From Aeromonas simiae (lineage in GTDB: Bacteria > Pseudomonadota > Gammaproteobacteria > Enterobacterales > Aeromonadaceae), in the NCBI RefSeq assembly GCF_000820125.1, contig NZ_CDBY01000003.1, positions 1 to 24,000 on the forward strand: a stretch of DNA of 24,000 nucleotides, given 5' to 3'. This document shows positions 7,091-15,683 of the stretch, in pieces (position 1 is the stretch's first letter; every line of letters starts with the position of its first letter). A program made the translations under genes and the position numbers. The notes below the pieces were generated by a model. That model had not been told where the DNA came from, ran no database searches, and saw only the letters and a program-made list of their open reading frames with translations.

Positions 7091-8758
7091 ATGAACAGAT
7101 CGACGCGGACTATCAACTATCAGGTGGCGTTCTCCATGGCGCGGATCTGGGCTATCGCCATGGGGCTGCTGGTGATGCTGTTGTTCAGCATACTGGTGCC
7201 TGAGTTGCGCCGCATGGAGCAGCAGCAGATGCGCCAGCAACTGGCCCGGGCCGTGGGGTTGATCCAGACCGACCTCGAGAGCCTGCGCGCCTTTGTCAGA
7301 GACTGGGGGGCCTGGGACGATGCCTATCACTTTATGGCCGAACACGATAGCCGCTTCATCCGCTCCAACCTGTTAACCGACATGCCGATGCAGGATTTTC
7401 GGTTAAACGTGATGAGCTTTCTCGATCTCTCGGGTAACGAGCGTTGGAGCCGGGTCCGCATGCCGGATGTAGACCCCGAGCTGCTGCTCGACTACCCCCC
7501 CTTCTTCGAACGTCTCAAGCAGGAGCTACTCCCTCAGGTGGACCGTGATGGCCTGCAAGGGCTCAAGAGCACCAGCTGGGGGCCTGCCCTGTTTGCCATC
7601 TTTCCCATCACCGACTCCCAACGCAGCCAGCCCCACAACGGCTATCTGCTGGTGACGCGCTGGCTCGACGACTCCTATTTGCAGACCCTGTCGGAGCGGG
7701 TGGCCGCCCCATTGCAGCTGCGTGAGCTGGAGCATGCGGGGGAGACCCGTCACTTCATGCGGCTGCATGAGGGCTCCCTCTATCGGGTAGGGTATCGGGG
7801 GCTGGGGATCATGTGGGGCGAGGTGCTGCTGCTCGATAGTCAGGGCAAGCCGGGGCTGGTGTTGCGGCTGGAATCGACCCGCGACCTCATTCGCGGTAGC
7901 GCCCAGGTGTTGCTGTGGACTCTGCTGGGGACATTGCTGATCTGCCTGCTGTGTGGCTTGCTGGCGTTTCGGCGGTTACAGGCGATCGTGCTACAGCCGC
8001 TCGACGCCCTGATCCATGGGGTGCAGCAATATGCCTATGATGCCGAGGTGCAGCATCTGCCCAGCATCGACTCCAGCCGCGAGATGAGCATCTTGACCCG
8101 CCGGTTCCGCGAGATGGCGCTGCGCCTGAGCCAGCGCCAGCAGGCGAGCCAGGCCTATGGCCAGCGCATGGAGCAGGCGGCTTACCTGGACCCGCTGACC
8201 CACTGCTTCAATCGACGTTATCTGGATACCTGGTTGGAGCAGATCGACTATCGCACGTCACATCATGTGCTGATGATCCTCGATATCGATCACTTCAAGC
8301 TGGTCAACGACACCCATGGCCATGACATGGGGGATCAGATCCTCTGCCAGTTTGCCGATGTGTTGCGCCGCCAGTTGCGGCATGGGGAGCGCTTGGTGCG
8401 GCTGGGAGGGGAGGAGTTTCTGGTGATTGGCGAGTGTGACTCGCCGGCGCAGGCGAAAGCCATGGTGGGGCGGCTGCGGCGGGAGATTGGGCAGAGTGAT
8501 TTTGGCTCGCCTGAGCTACCGCTTGGCATGACGGCTTCCATCGGTTTCTGCCTCTATCCGCTGGGGGCCGAGAAACACCAGGCCGGTTGGAAGTTGTGTC
8601 TCAAGCTGGCGGATATGGCGCTCTATCGGGCCAAGTTGAACGGACGCAATACCTGGGTGGGCGTGACCTGTGATGTCGATGGGCCATTGCCACTGCTACA
8701 GGCCGAGGAGTTGATCCGGCGGGAGGTGGTGCATCTGCTGCAACCGGAGGATGAATAG
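7091..8758 (+). CDS. Membrane-bound diguanylate cyclase (CHASE4-like periplasmic sensor, TM, linker, GGDEF)
   Basis: 555 aa with AGGAG 8 nt upstream. It has an N-terminal TM and the DWGAWDDAYHF motif typical of CHASE4, then a second TM (LLWTLLGTLLICLLCGLLAF). The GGDEF domain is catalytically intact (DPLTHCFNRRYL, ILDIDHFKLVNDTHGH, RLGGEEFLVIG). The I-site position reads RHGE rather than RxxD. Confidence 0.9.
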   Translation: MNRSTRTINYQVAFSMARIWAIAMGLLVMLLFSILVPELRRMEQQQMRQQLARAVGLIQTDLESLRAFVRDWGAWDDAYHFMAEHDSRFIRSNLLTDMPMQDFRLNVMSFLDLSGNERWSRVRMPDVDPELLLDYPPFFERLKQELLPQVDRDGLQGLKSTSWGPALFAIFPITDSQRSQPHNGYLLVTRWLDDSYLQTLSERVAAPLQLRELEHAGETRHFMRLHEGSLYRVGYRGLGIMWGEVLLLDSQGKPGLVLRLESTRDLIRGSAQVLLWTLLGTLLICLLCGLLAFRRLQAIVLQPLDALIHGVQQYAYDAEVQHLPSIDSSREMSILTRRFREMALRLSQRQQASQAYGQRMEQAAYLDPLTHCFNRRYLDTWLEQIDYRTSHHVLMILDIDHFKLVNDTHGHDMGDQILCQFADVLRRQLRHGERLVRLGGEEFLVIGECDSPAQAKAMVGRLRREIGQSDFGSPELPLGMTASIGFCLYPLGAEKHQAGWKLCLKLADMALYRAKLNGRNTWVGVTCDVDGPLPLLQAEELIRREVVHLLQPEDE

Positions 8759-8871
8759 GTTGATGTGATATGCGGCATTGGGTGAATTGTTATGTTGGGC
8801 GTGATGGCTGTGGAGGGCACGGCGGTCATTGCGAAGGTGATTGGTACATCCATCTTTACATTGAGTAACAA

Positions 8872-8885
8872 TTGAGCTAAATCAA
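8872..8885. promoter_or_regulatory. FNR/CRP-family-like box TTGAGctaaATCAA upstream of ompW
   Basis: It matches TTGAT-N4-ATCAA at 9 of 10 positions and lies 71-84 nt upstream of the ompW ATG. It overlaps a tandem ATTGAG repeat (8860-8876). Confidence 0.4.
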
Positions 8886-8955
8886 CTGACGGGACGTTAC
8901 CTTCCCGTAAAGTGTGGGTGCTTGCAGCACAACTAACACTAAAAAGGTAATAACG

Positions 8956-9567
8956 ATGAAAAAGTCACTTCCTCTGCTGATGACCGCTATGTTGGTTTCC
9001 CCCTTGGCAATGGCCCATCAGGCCGGCGACATCCTGGTGCGTGGCGGTATCGCCGTCGTCTCCCCGCAGGAGAGCAGCGATGACGTTGCCAACTCCGGTG
9101 AACTGGAGATCGACAGCAACGCCCAGCTCGGGCTGACCCTCTCTTACATGATCACCGACAACTGGGGGGTTGAACTGCTGGCCGCCACGCCGTTCTCCCA
9201 CTCCGTCAGCACTCCGGGTCTGGGTGAAGTGGCCAAGGTCAAGCACCTGCCGCCGACCCTGATGGCCCAGTACTACTTCGGCAATGCCCAGAGTAAGGTG
9301 CGTCCGTATGTCGGCGTGGGGATCAACTACACCACCTTCTTCGACGAAAAGGGCAAGGGCGCACTGGCCGGCACTGATGTCAGCGTCGACGACTCCTGGG
9401 GTGTGGCCGGTCAGATTGGCGTGGATATGGCGCTCACCGATCGCTGGTTCGTCAACGGCTCGGCCTGGATCATCGATATCGACACCGACGTAAATACCGC
9501 CGTCGGTACCATCAAGACCCACATCGATCCCATGGTGTTCATGGTCGGGATGGGCTACCGCTTCTGA
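8956..9567 (+). CDS. ompW: Outer membrane protein W
   Basis: It has a signal peptide (MKKSLPLLMTAMLVSPLAMA/HQAGD), OmpW-family strands (GDILVRGGIAVVSP, LGLTLSYMITDNWGVELLAATPF, LPPTLMAQYYF, RPYVGVGINYTTFF) and a C-terminal MGYRF. I place the start at the ATG at 8956 within the longer track ORF. Confidence 0.9.
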   Translation: MKKSLPLLMTAMLVSPLAMAHQAGDILVRGGIAVVSPQESSDDVANSGELEIDSNAQLGLTLSYMITDNWGVELLAATPFSHSVSTPGLGEVAKVKHLPPTLMAQYYFGNAQSKVRPYVGVGINYTTFFDEKGKGALAGTDVSVDDSWGVAGQIGVDMALTDRWFVNGSAWIIDIDTDVNTAVGTIKTHIDPMVFMVGMGYRF

Positions 9568-9615
9568 TCTCGCTTCAGCTAAAAGGGCCCGCATCCTGGG
9601 CCCTGCACGCTCCTT

Positions 9616-9640
9616 GGCCCGACTGGTTCGGGCCTTTTTG
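9616..9640 (+). terminator. Rho-independent terminator after ompW
   Basis: The hairpin GGCCCGA-ctggt-TCGGGCC is followed by TTTTT. A second GC hairpin precedes it (AGGGCCC 9584-9590 with GGGCCCT 9598-9604). Confidence 0.7.
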
Positions 9641-9724
9641 TCTCCGCAAGAGGGGCAATGCAGACTTGAGTCACCCGTCGCGGCGGGTTAGCCTGAGCGC
9701 CGGTTTGACGACAAGGAAGCCACG

Positions 9725-10126
9725 ATGCTGGAGATGCAGGTTGATCCGCGCTTTCAGGAGACCGACGCCCTCGGCCACATCAACAACACGGTACCGGCGG
9801 TCTGGTTCGAAGCGGCCCGAGCGCCGCTGTTTCGGATCTTCACCCCCGATCTCGATGTGCGGCAGTGGCGGCTGATCCTGGCGGGCTATACGGTGCAGTT
9901 CAAACGCGAACTCTTCTATGGCGAGCCGGTTACCATTCGCACCGGCGTCAAGCGGATTGGCTCCAGCTCGTTTACCCTCTGGCAGGAGGCCTGGCAGCAG
10001 AAAGTGCTGGCGGTCACTGCCGAGACCACCCTGATCCATTTCGATTACCCGACCCGCTCCCCCGTGCCACTGACCGAGCATCATCGCGAGGGGCTGCGGG
10101 TCTGGCTTGTGGAGGATACCCATTGA
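9725..10126 (+). CDS. Hotdog-fold acyl-CoA thioesterase (4HBT/YbgC-type)
   Basis: 133 aa with AAGGAAG upstream. The N-terminal motif RFQETDALGHINNTV (D-x-x-G-H-I-N-N) is typical of 4HBT class thioesterases. Confidence 0.8.
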   Translation: MLEMQVDPRFQETDALGHINNTVPAVWFEAARAPLFRIFTPDLDVRQWRLILAGYTVQFKRELFYGEPVTIRTGVKRIGSSSFTLWQEAWQQKVLAVTAETTLIHFDYPTRSPVPLTEHHREGLRVWLVEDTH

Positions 10127-10827
10127 AGCTCTCCCCCCTTCTGCCATTGACGCTGGCGGCCACTTTTCCTGCTATGGCGCTACCCATGATGACCCTTGAT
10201 CAGCAGTTCGACACGATGGAGAAGGCGGCCCGTGGCGCCCTCGATACCCGCCAGTTCACCTTAGATGGGGTGGTGGTGACCGCTTGGCTGGATGGTGACA
10301 TGCCCGTCATCATCGCGGTGCCACGCCTCGATGAGAAGGGGCAGGAGCAGGGGGTGAACCGTTACTACTTCAAGGGCGGGGTGCTGTTTGGAGTGCGTGA
10401 GCCCGAGTCGCGCTTTCAGTTCGAGCAGGGGAAATTGATGGCCTGGCTGGATGAAGAGGGTCAGCCACAGCCCTTCGTCAGCCAGGTCAGCCTGGCGCAG
10501 CGTGAACAGTGGCTGCTCAAGCGTGCCGCGCAACTGCGGGGGCTGTTCACGCCGAGCCGGGGTGAGCAACTGCTGGATCGCCAAGACCCTTCGGTCAAGG
10601 TCACCGGTACCGATCGCACCCAGTGGCTCTGTCACGACAAGCTGGTCACCCTGACCGGCGGCGAGAAGGTGATCTTCGACGCCGGCAAGGTACAGGCCTC
10701 GGAGCAGGGCGTAAAGGGCAGGGTCAGCCTGCTAAAGGGGGATGACTGGCAGGATCTCGATATGCAGTGCCACGTTCGTGGCTACCGGGTGGTGAGCCTC
10801 ATCTGGCGAGCGCCCAAGAGGTCATGA
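10123..10827 (+). CDS. Uncharacterised secreted/periplasmic protein
   Basis: The frame is open from 9865, but the upstream part overlaps the thioesterase gene in another frame. The plausible start is TTG at 10123, with GGAGGA 7 nt upstream, giving the signal-like N-terminus (M)KLSPLLPLTLAATFPAMA/LP. I recognise no family. An ATG start at MALPMM is an alternative. Confidence 0.55.
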   Translation: MKLSPLLPLTLAATFPAMALPMMTLDQQFDTMEKAARGALDTRQFTLDGVVVTAWLDGDMPVIIAVPRLDEKGQEQGVNRYYFKGGVLFGVREPESRFQFEQGKLMAWLDEEGQPQPFVSQVSLAQREQWLLKRAAQLRGLFTPSRGEQLLDRQDPSVKVTGTDRTQWLCHDKLVTLTGGEKVIFDAGKVQASEQGVKGRVSLLKGDDWQDLDMQCHVRGYRVVSLIWRAPKRS

Positions 10828-10831
10828 AAAC

Positions 10832-10854
10832 GCGGGGCCCAGGCCCCGCTTTTT
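10832..10854. terminator. Bidirectional rho-independent terminator between convergent genes
   Basis: GCGGGGCC (10832-10839) pairs with GGCCCCGC (10842-10849). It is flanked by AAAA (10827-10830) and TTTTT (10850-10854), so a U-tract follows the hairpin on either strand. Confidence 0.7.
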
Positions 10855-10868
10855 CTTGCCGCAACGGC

Positions 10869-11576
10869 CTATTGTTCGGGCAGGCAGGGCTGCTGGGTGC
10901 CGATGGTGCTAAGAGAGTGGCAGAGGGTGGGGGCGCCAATGGCGATCGGCTCACCGAGGAATTTGGGCTCTTTGCTGAGAATGTAGAGATCGAGCAGGCT
11001 CATGAAACGGGCGAAGATCTCGCGCACCCGGGTCTTGAATCCCTCGTGGGGCGCCACGTCGGGGGCGTTGAAGCCGATGGCATCGATGCCGAAGCGGTGG
11101 GCGATGAAGATGGCGCGCTCGTTATGGAATTTCTGGGAGACGATGATGTAGGAGGCTTGGCCGAACACCTCCTTGGCCCGCACCACCGAGTCGAGGGTGC
11201 GAAACCCGGCGAAATCCATATAGATGGCGGAGGCGGGGATCCCGGCTTTGATCAGGGCGCGGCGCATCAGGCGCGGCTCATTGTATTGCACGGTGGCATT
11301 GTCACCCGAGACGATCAGGTAATCGACCTTGGCGTTGTTGTAGAGTTCGATCGCCGCCTTGATCCGATTGCTGAAGTAGGGGTTGTGACCTCCCCCGACC
11401 AGATACTTGGATGTCCCGAGCACCACCGCCACCTTGTGATAGGGCACCTCGGTGACGTTGTCGTAGGTAAAGCGGGCCGTCTTGGAGACGCGCCACTCCC
11501 CGTAGCCAAGCAGCCCCAGCGCGATGGCCAGCAGCAGTAACAGTATGGCGAGGAGGAGTAAGGCAAATCTCTTCAT
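10869..11576 (-). CDS. sanA: SanA (DUF218-family inner-membrane protein; vancomycin high-temperature exclusion protein)
   Basis: It has an N-terminal TM helix followed by YHKVAVVLGTSKY..NPYFSNRIKAAIELYNNAKVDYLIVSGDNATVQYNEPRLMRRALIKAGIP..IYMDFAGFRTLDSVVRAKEVF..IIVSQKFHNERAIFIA. This closely parallels E. coli SanA from memory. I chose the ATG at 11576 (MKRF). Confidence 0.85.
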   Translation of the reverse strand: MKRFALLLLAILLLLLAIALGLLGYGEWRVSKTARFTYDNVTEVPYHKVAVVLGTSKYLVGGGHNPYFSNRIKAAIELYNNAKVDYLIVSGDNATVQYNEPRLMRRALIKAGIPASAIYMDFAGFRTLDSVVRAKEVFGQASYIIVSQKFHNERAIFIAHRFGIDAIGFNAPDVAPHEGFKTRVREIFARFMSLLDLYILSKEPKFLGEPIAIGAPTLCHSLSTIGTQQPCLPEQ

Positions 11577-11709
11577 GAGCACCGGTGGTTCGAGGCGAAT
11601 GGCCGCATTCTATTACAACTGGCGCGCTGCGTCAGCGCGGGCGGGCAGATCGATTCAGCCAGCAGTAAGCGAAAAGGGGGCATTTGGGCCGGCGATACGG
11701 GCAAGGGGC

Positions 11710-13152
11710 TTATCGCTTCACCTGCCGCTCCCCTGATTCGTGGCCCGGCTTTTGTGTGGCGTGAGCGGATGAATGCCGGCTCGCTGCGACGATTTTGAGC
11801 TGCTGGCGGGAGGGCTTGAGCGCGCCCCCCAGATCGGGCCAGGGCAGCCAGTCATCGGGCACCATGAAGCCGGGAAGGGCGGCCCGAACCCACTGCTCTA
11901 GCTCGAGTTCGCTCATCGGCTCGCCTTGCCAGTCGATGAAGCAGGCCGGCCGCTCCCCCCACTCCTCGCTGGGGACGGGCACCACCAGTGCCTGTGCAAT
12001 GGCGGGGTGATCGACCAGTCGCTGCTCTATGGTCTCGGGCTGGATATTCTCCCCTCCCGAGATGAAGAGGTTGTCGAGTCGCCCTTCCACCACCAGTTCA
12101 CCCGCCGCCGTCAGATGGCCCTTATCCCGGGTATGAAACCACCCTTGTGCATCGCGGGCCGGATCGAGCCCGGCGGGGTGGTCATAACCGAGAAACAGGG
12201 TGTCACCGCGCACGCAGATCTCCCCCTCTTCAATTTTCACCTCGCGCCCCGGCAGCGGATGGCCGACCAGACCGGGGTGACCTGGGGTGGCGGTGCACAC
12301 CTGGCTGCCCATTTCGGAGAGGCCGTAACTCACCTTGGGGGTCAATCCCATGGCGCTGAGGCGCTCGACCAGCGGCGCCGGGATGGCGGCCCCGCCCAAC
12401 AGCAGTTCGCGCAGGCGGGTGCGGGCAGGATGGAACCCTTCGGCCAGCAGTCGCCACAACTGGGTCGGCACCAGGGAGAGGTGGGTGATGGGCTGGGTCT
12501 CGAGACGCGCCTTGAGGGGGCGATCCCGTTCGTCGAGCACCAGTGCGGCGCCGGCCAGGAAGACCCGAAACAGGATGGCGTAGCCACCGACGTGAAACAG
12601 CGGCAGCGAGAGTAGCCAGCCGCAGTCGTGATCGAGGGGAATGAGGCTGGCCGAACCGCGTGCCGAGGCCAGGTGGTTGGCCAGTCGGTGCAGCACCGCC
12701 TTGGGCTCTCCGCTCGAGCCGGAGGTGAGGATGAGGTTATTGGGCTGCTCTGGCGCCAGCCACCCCTCGTCGGTGGCTTCACGCTCACCGGCAAAGTCGA
12801 GCCGCAATCGGCGCCACGGGCCTGCCACGTTGGCCTCGGCAGACCAGAAGCCGTCGATGTTGAGCCGGGTTGCCAGCGCCTGTTGCCGGGCCGACGGAAA
12901 GGCGGGATTGAGCGGGCAGAAGATGAGACCGAGCCGCACGCAGGCCCAGGCCAGCAGCACCCCTTCCTGGCTGGCGCGCACCGGGGCGGCCAGCCGCATG
13001 CCACGGTGCATGCCCTGTGCCTGTAGCTGGGCGGTGAGGTGGTTGAGCCGGCGATCCAGCGTCCGGTAATCGAGGGTGATGCCTTGGCTGATAAGGGCCG
13101 GCTGCGCCGGACGCGCGTTGGCCCAGCGGCGAACCGGACAAGCTTCAGCCAT
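11710..13152 (-). CDS. menE: o-Succinylbenzoate-CoA ligase
   Basis: It is an adenylate-forming enzyme with the motifs ILTSGSSGEPKAV, YGLSEMGS and GWFHTRDKG. It is the last gene of the men operon and overlaps the menC stop by 8 nt. Confidence 0.9.
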   Translation of the reverse strand: MAEACPVRRWANARPAQPALISQGITLDYRTLDRRLNHLTAQLQAQGMHRGMRLAAPVRASQEGVLLAWACVRLGLIFCPLNPAFPSARQQALATRLNIDGFWSAEANVAGPWRRLRLDFAGEREATDEGWLAPEQPNNLILTSGSSGEPKAVLHRLANHLASARGSASLIPLDHDCGWLLSLPLFHVGGYAILFRVFLAGAALVLDERDRPLKARLETQPITHLSLVPTQLWRLLAEGFHPARTRLRELLLGGAAIPAPLVERLSAMGLTPKVSYGLSEMGSQVCTATPGHPGLVGHPLPGREVKIEEGEICVRGDTLFLGYDHPAGLDPARDAQGWFHTRDKGHLTAAGELVVEGRLDNLFISGGENIQPETIEQRLVDHPAIAQALVVPVPSEEWGERPACFIDWQGEPMSELELEQWVRAALPGFMVPDDWLPWPDLGGALKPSRQQLKIVAASRHSSAHATQKPGHESGERQVKR

Positions 13153-14077
13153 GTTGCCACACGGTATCGAGCTGGCTCATCTCCGGGGCTCCCTCTTTCC
13201 CCATCAGGTCCCGAGCGAGGAAACGGCGGGTGCCGAGCCCAGGGGCCTGCTGCGGGTCCCACTCGGCGCCAAGCTGGGCCAGTTGGGCCAGACCCAGGCC
13301 GGACTCGAAGCAGGAGGAGACGATCACCTTGAGGTGCAACTCGCGCGCCTTGGCAACCAGCGCCTCGCAGTGGCACAGGGAGCCGAGCAGGGTGGGCTTG
13401 AGCACCAGGGCCCGCAGCTGGGGGATAGGCTCCCACGGTTTGCCTTGGGCCAGCAGCTCGTCGAGGGCCACCGGCATGCCGGTGCGGTTGGCCACGAAGC
13501 GGATGTCGTCGAAATCGGCGCACGGATCTTCGAGGTACTCGATGCGGGCAGGATCGAGGTGCAGGCAGAAGGTCCACGCCTCTTCACGGTTCCATCCCTG
13601 GTTGGCATCGAGGATCAACTTGAGATTTGGGTTGCGATCGAGCAGCAAGCGGATCAAGGCCAGCTCGTCGCGCATCGGATAACGGGCCACCTTGAGCTTG
13701 GCCTTGTTGGTGGGGGCGTTGTGCAGCACCACCTTCCAGTTCTTGAGCAGATCCTGGGGGGCTCCCTGGATCAGCGGATAGGGATCGGGCAGCGGCGCCT
13801 TGAGGGTGGGCCAGCTGCGACGGGCGCAGTCGAGGCCGAACTGCACCGAGGGCAGGGTGGCGGTGATGGTTTCGCCGCGGGCCAGCGCCTTGAGGCAGAG
13901 CAGGGCCTGCTCCTGCGCCTCGGCCAGGGTTTCGCGGGAGAAACCGGGCAGGGGGGCAATCTCCCCCCAGCCGCCATTTATGTTGACCAGCAGGCCCTGA
14001 CGCACCGTTTCGACCCGGCCATGAAACGTCAGGGGGTGAGTAAAGGGCAATTCGTAGCGATACAGGGCCAGTTTCAT
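13145..14077 (-). CDS. menC: o-Succinylbenzoate synthase (enolase superfamily)
   Basis: The N-terminus (GWGEIAPLPGFSRETLAEAQ) parallels E. coli MenC. The ...KLKV.. and LDANQGW motifs are present. Its ATG overlaps the menB stop (TGATG). Confidence 0.9.
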   Translation of the reverse strand: MKLALYRYELPFTHPLTFHGRVETVRQGLLVNINGGWGEIAPLPGFSRETLAEAQEQALLCLKALARGETITATLPSVQFGLDCARRSWPTLKAPLPDPYPLIQGAPQDLLKNWKVVLHNAPTNKAKLKVARYPMRDELALIRLLLDRNPNLKLILDANQGWNREEAWTFCLHLDPARIEYLEDPCADFDDIRFVANRTGMPVALDELLAQGKPWEPIPQLRALVLKPTLLGSLCHCEALVAKARELHLKVIVSSCFESGLGLAQLAQLGAEWDPQQAPGLGTRRFLARDLMGKEGAPEMSQLDTVWQHG

Positions 14078-14937
14078 CAGGGGTTCCGTTTGAATTTGGA
14101 AAAATCAGGACGGCGCTTCTGGTTGAAGGCGTTGCGTCCTTCCTGACCTTCATCGGTCATGTAGAACAGCATGGTGGCGTTACCGGCCAGCTCTTGCAGG
14201 CCGGACTGACCGTCGCAGTCGGCGTTCAGTGCCGCTTTCAGGCAGCGCAGTGCCATCGGGCTGTGTTGCAGCATCTCGCGGCACCAGCGCACGCTCTCGC
14301 GCTCCAGCTCGGCCAGCGGCACCACAGTGTTGACCAGACCCATGTCGAGGGCTTGCTGCGCGTCATACAGGCGGCACAGGAACCAGATCTCGCGGGCCTT
14401 CTTCTGGCCGACGATGCGCGCCATGTAGGAGGCGCCCCAGCCACCGTCGAACGAGCCCACCTTGGGGCCGGTCTGGCCAAACATGGCGTTGTCGGCGGCG
14501 ATGGTGAGATCGCACATCATGTGCAGCACATGGCCACCCCCGACCGCATAACCGGCCACCATGGCGACCACCGGTTTCGGGCAGGTGCGGATGTCGCGCT
14601 GGAAGTCGAGCACGTTGAGGTGATGCACGCCGGAGTCATCGCGATAGCCGCCGTAGTCGCCACGGATCTTCTGGTCACCGCCGGCGCAGAAGGCCTGATC
14701 ACCGAAGCCGGTCAGGATGATGGCGCCGATGTGGTCGTCATAGCGGGCGTCGGCCAGAGCCTGGATCATCTCCTTCACCGTCTGGGGACGGAAGGCGTTG
14801 CGCACCTGGGGGCGGTTGATGGTGATCTTGGCGATGCCCTCGGCGGACTTGTGGTAGAGGATGTCCCCGTAACCGGCGGTACAGTCGCGCCATTCGGCGG
14901 GGGCATACAGCTGCGCTTCGGTCATACCTTCAATCAT
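14077..14937 (-). CDS. menB: 1,4-dihydroxy-2-naphthoyl-CoA synthase
   Basis: It is nearly co-linear with E. coli MenB ([69 protein letters not shown]). The true start is [13 protein letters not shown] at 14937. The upstream 45 codons of the track ORF overlap menH. An ATGA overlap joins it to the menH stop. Confidence 0.95.
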   Translation of the reverse strand: MIEGMTEAQLYAPAEWRDCTAGYGDILYHKSAEGIAKITINRPQVRNAFRPQTVKEMIQALADARYDDHIGAIILTGFGDQAFCAGGDQKIRGDYGGYRDDSGVHHLNVLDFQRDIRTCPKPVVAMVAGYAVGGGHVLHMMCDLTIAADNAMFGQTGPKVGSFDGGWGASYMARIVGQKKAREIWFLCRLYDAQQALDMGLVNTVVPLAELERESVRWCREMLQHSPMALRCLKAALNADCDGQSGLQELAGNATMLFYMTDEGQEGRNAFNQKRRPDFSKFKRNP

Positions 14938-15683
14938 GTGCTCTTCTCTTCTGGTTGAGTGGCCCAGCGAGCCAGCTCGCGGGCATAAATCTCGGGGAGG
15001 GCGGCGTGCAGATTGTGCCCGCCATCCAGCACCCGCAGGTCGATTGTTGAACCCGGCGTCGCCAGTTGGCAAGCCAGGTTGTGGAATTTGTGATCTCGAC
15101 GCCCTGCCACATAGGTGACGGGCAGCGTTGTGGTGGCCAGCCAGGTGCGCAGCTCCGGCTGGTGGCCGAGCGAGGTGGCGCGCAGCATGGCGGCAACGGC
15201 CTCGCCCCGGTTGCCGAGGCGCCGGATTATCAGGTGCTCCCGCTCTTGGGTGTCGAGATCCGAGAAGACCCCCTGGCAGTACCAGTCATGCAGCACGGTC
15301 GGCAGCGGCTCGCTCTCGAAACGGCGGGCCCAGCGAGCGTCATGGGCCAGGCGCATGGCGCGTTCGACTTCGGGCAGGCCGGGGTGGCTGTTCTCCAGCC
15401 ACAGCGCCGTCAGCCCTTGTGGCTGCAAGCTGGCGTGATAGAGGGCGATGCGTCCGCCGAGGGAATAACCGGCCAGCCGGTAGCGGGTGACGCCGTGCTG
15501 CGACAGGGTATCACGCAGCCAGCGATCGCACTCGGCAAAATCGGCCACGTCGAGATCCCGCTGCTCACCGTGTCCGGGCAGATCCAGCGCCAGCCAGGGG
15601 CCGGTCAGATGATGGGTGACCGAAGCCCAGTCGTGCCGGTCACCGAGCAGGCCGTGCAGCAGAACCGTGGTGATCTCAGCCAT
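14934..15683 (-). CDS. menH: SHCHC synthase (2-succinyl-6-hydroxy-2,4-cyclohexadiene-1-carboxylate synthase), alpha/beta hydrolase
   Basis: 249 aa. It has the GYSLGGR nucleophile elbow, LHGLLG near the N-terminus and a C-terminal GGHNLH. It sits between menD and menB, with overlapping start and stop codons on both sides. Confidence 0.88.
   Translation of the reverse strand: MAEITTVLLHGLLGDRHDWASVTHHLTGPWLALDLPGHGEQRDLDVADFAECDRWLRDTLSQHGVTRYRLAGYSLGGRIALYHASLQPQGLTALWLENSHPGLPEVERAMRLAHDARWARRFESEPLPTVLHDWYCQGVFSDLDTQEREHLIIRRLGNRGEAVAAMLRATSLGHQPELRTWLATTTLPVTYVAGRRDHKFHNLACQLATPGSTIDLRVLDGGHNLHAALPEIYARELARWATQPEEKST

Noticed and set aside
9865-10122. N-terminal 86 codons of the 320-aa track ORF
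   Set aside because: This part overlaps the thioesterase gene out of frame and is Arg/Pro/Gly-rich. A TTG with a strong GGAGGA SD at 10123 gives a sensible signal peptide, so I trimmed the gene.
12342-13577. 411-aa same-strand alternative-frame ORF across menE/menC
   Set aside because: It is a Pro/Arg/Ala-rich off-frame translation. menE and menC in the other frames carry their family motifs.
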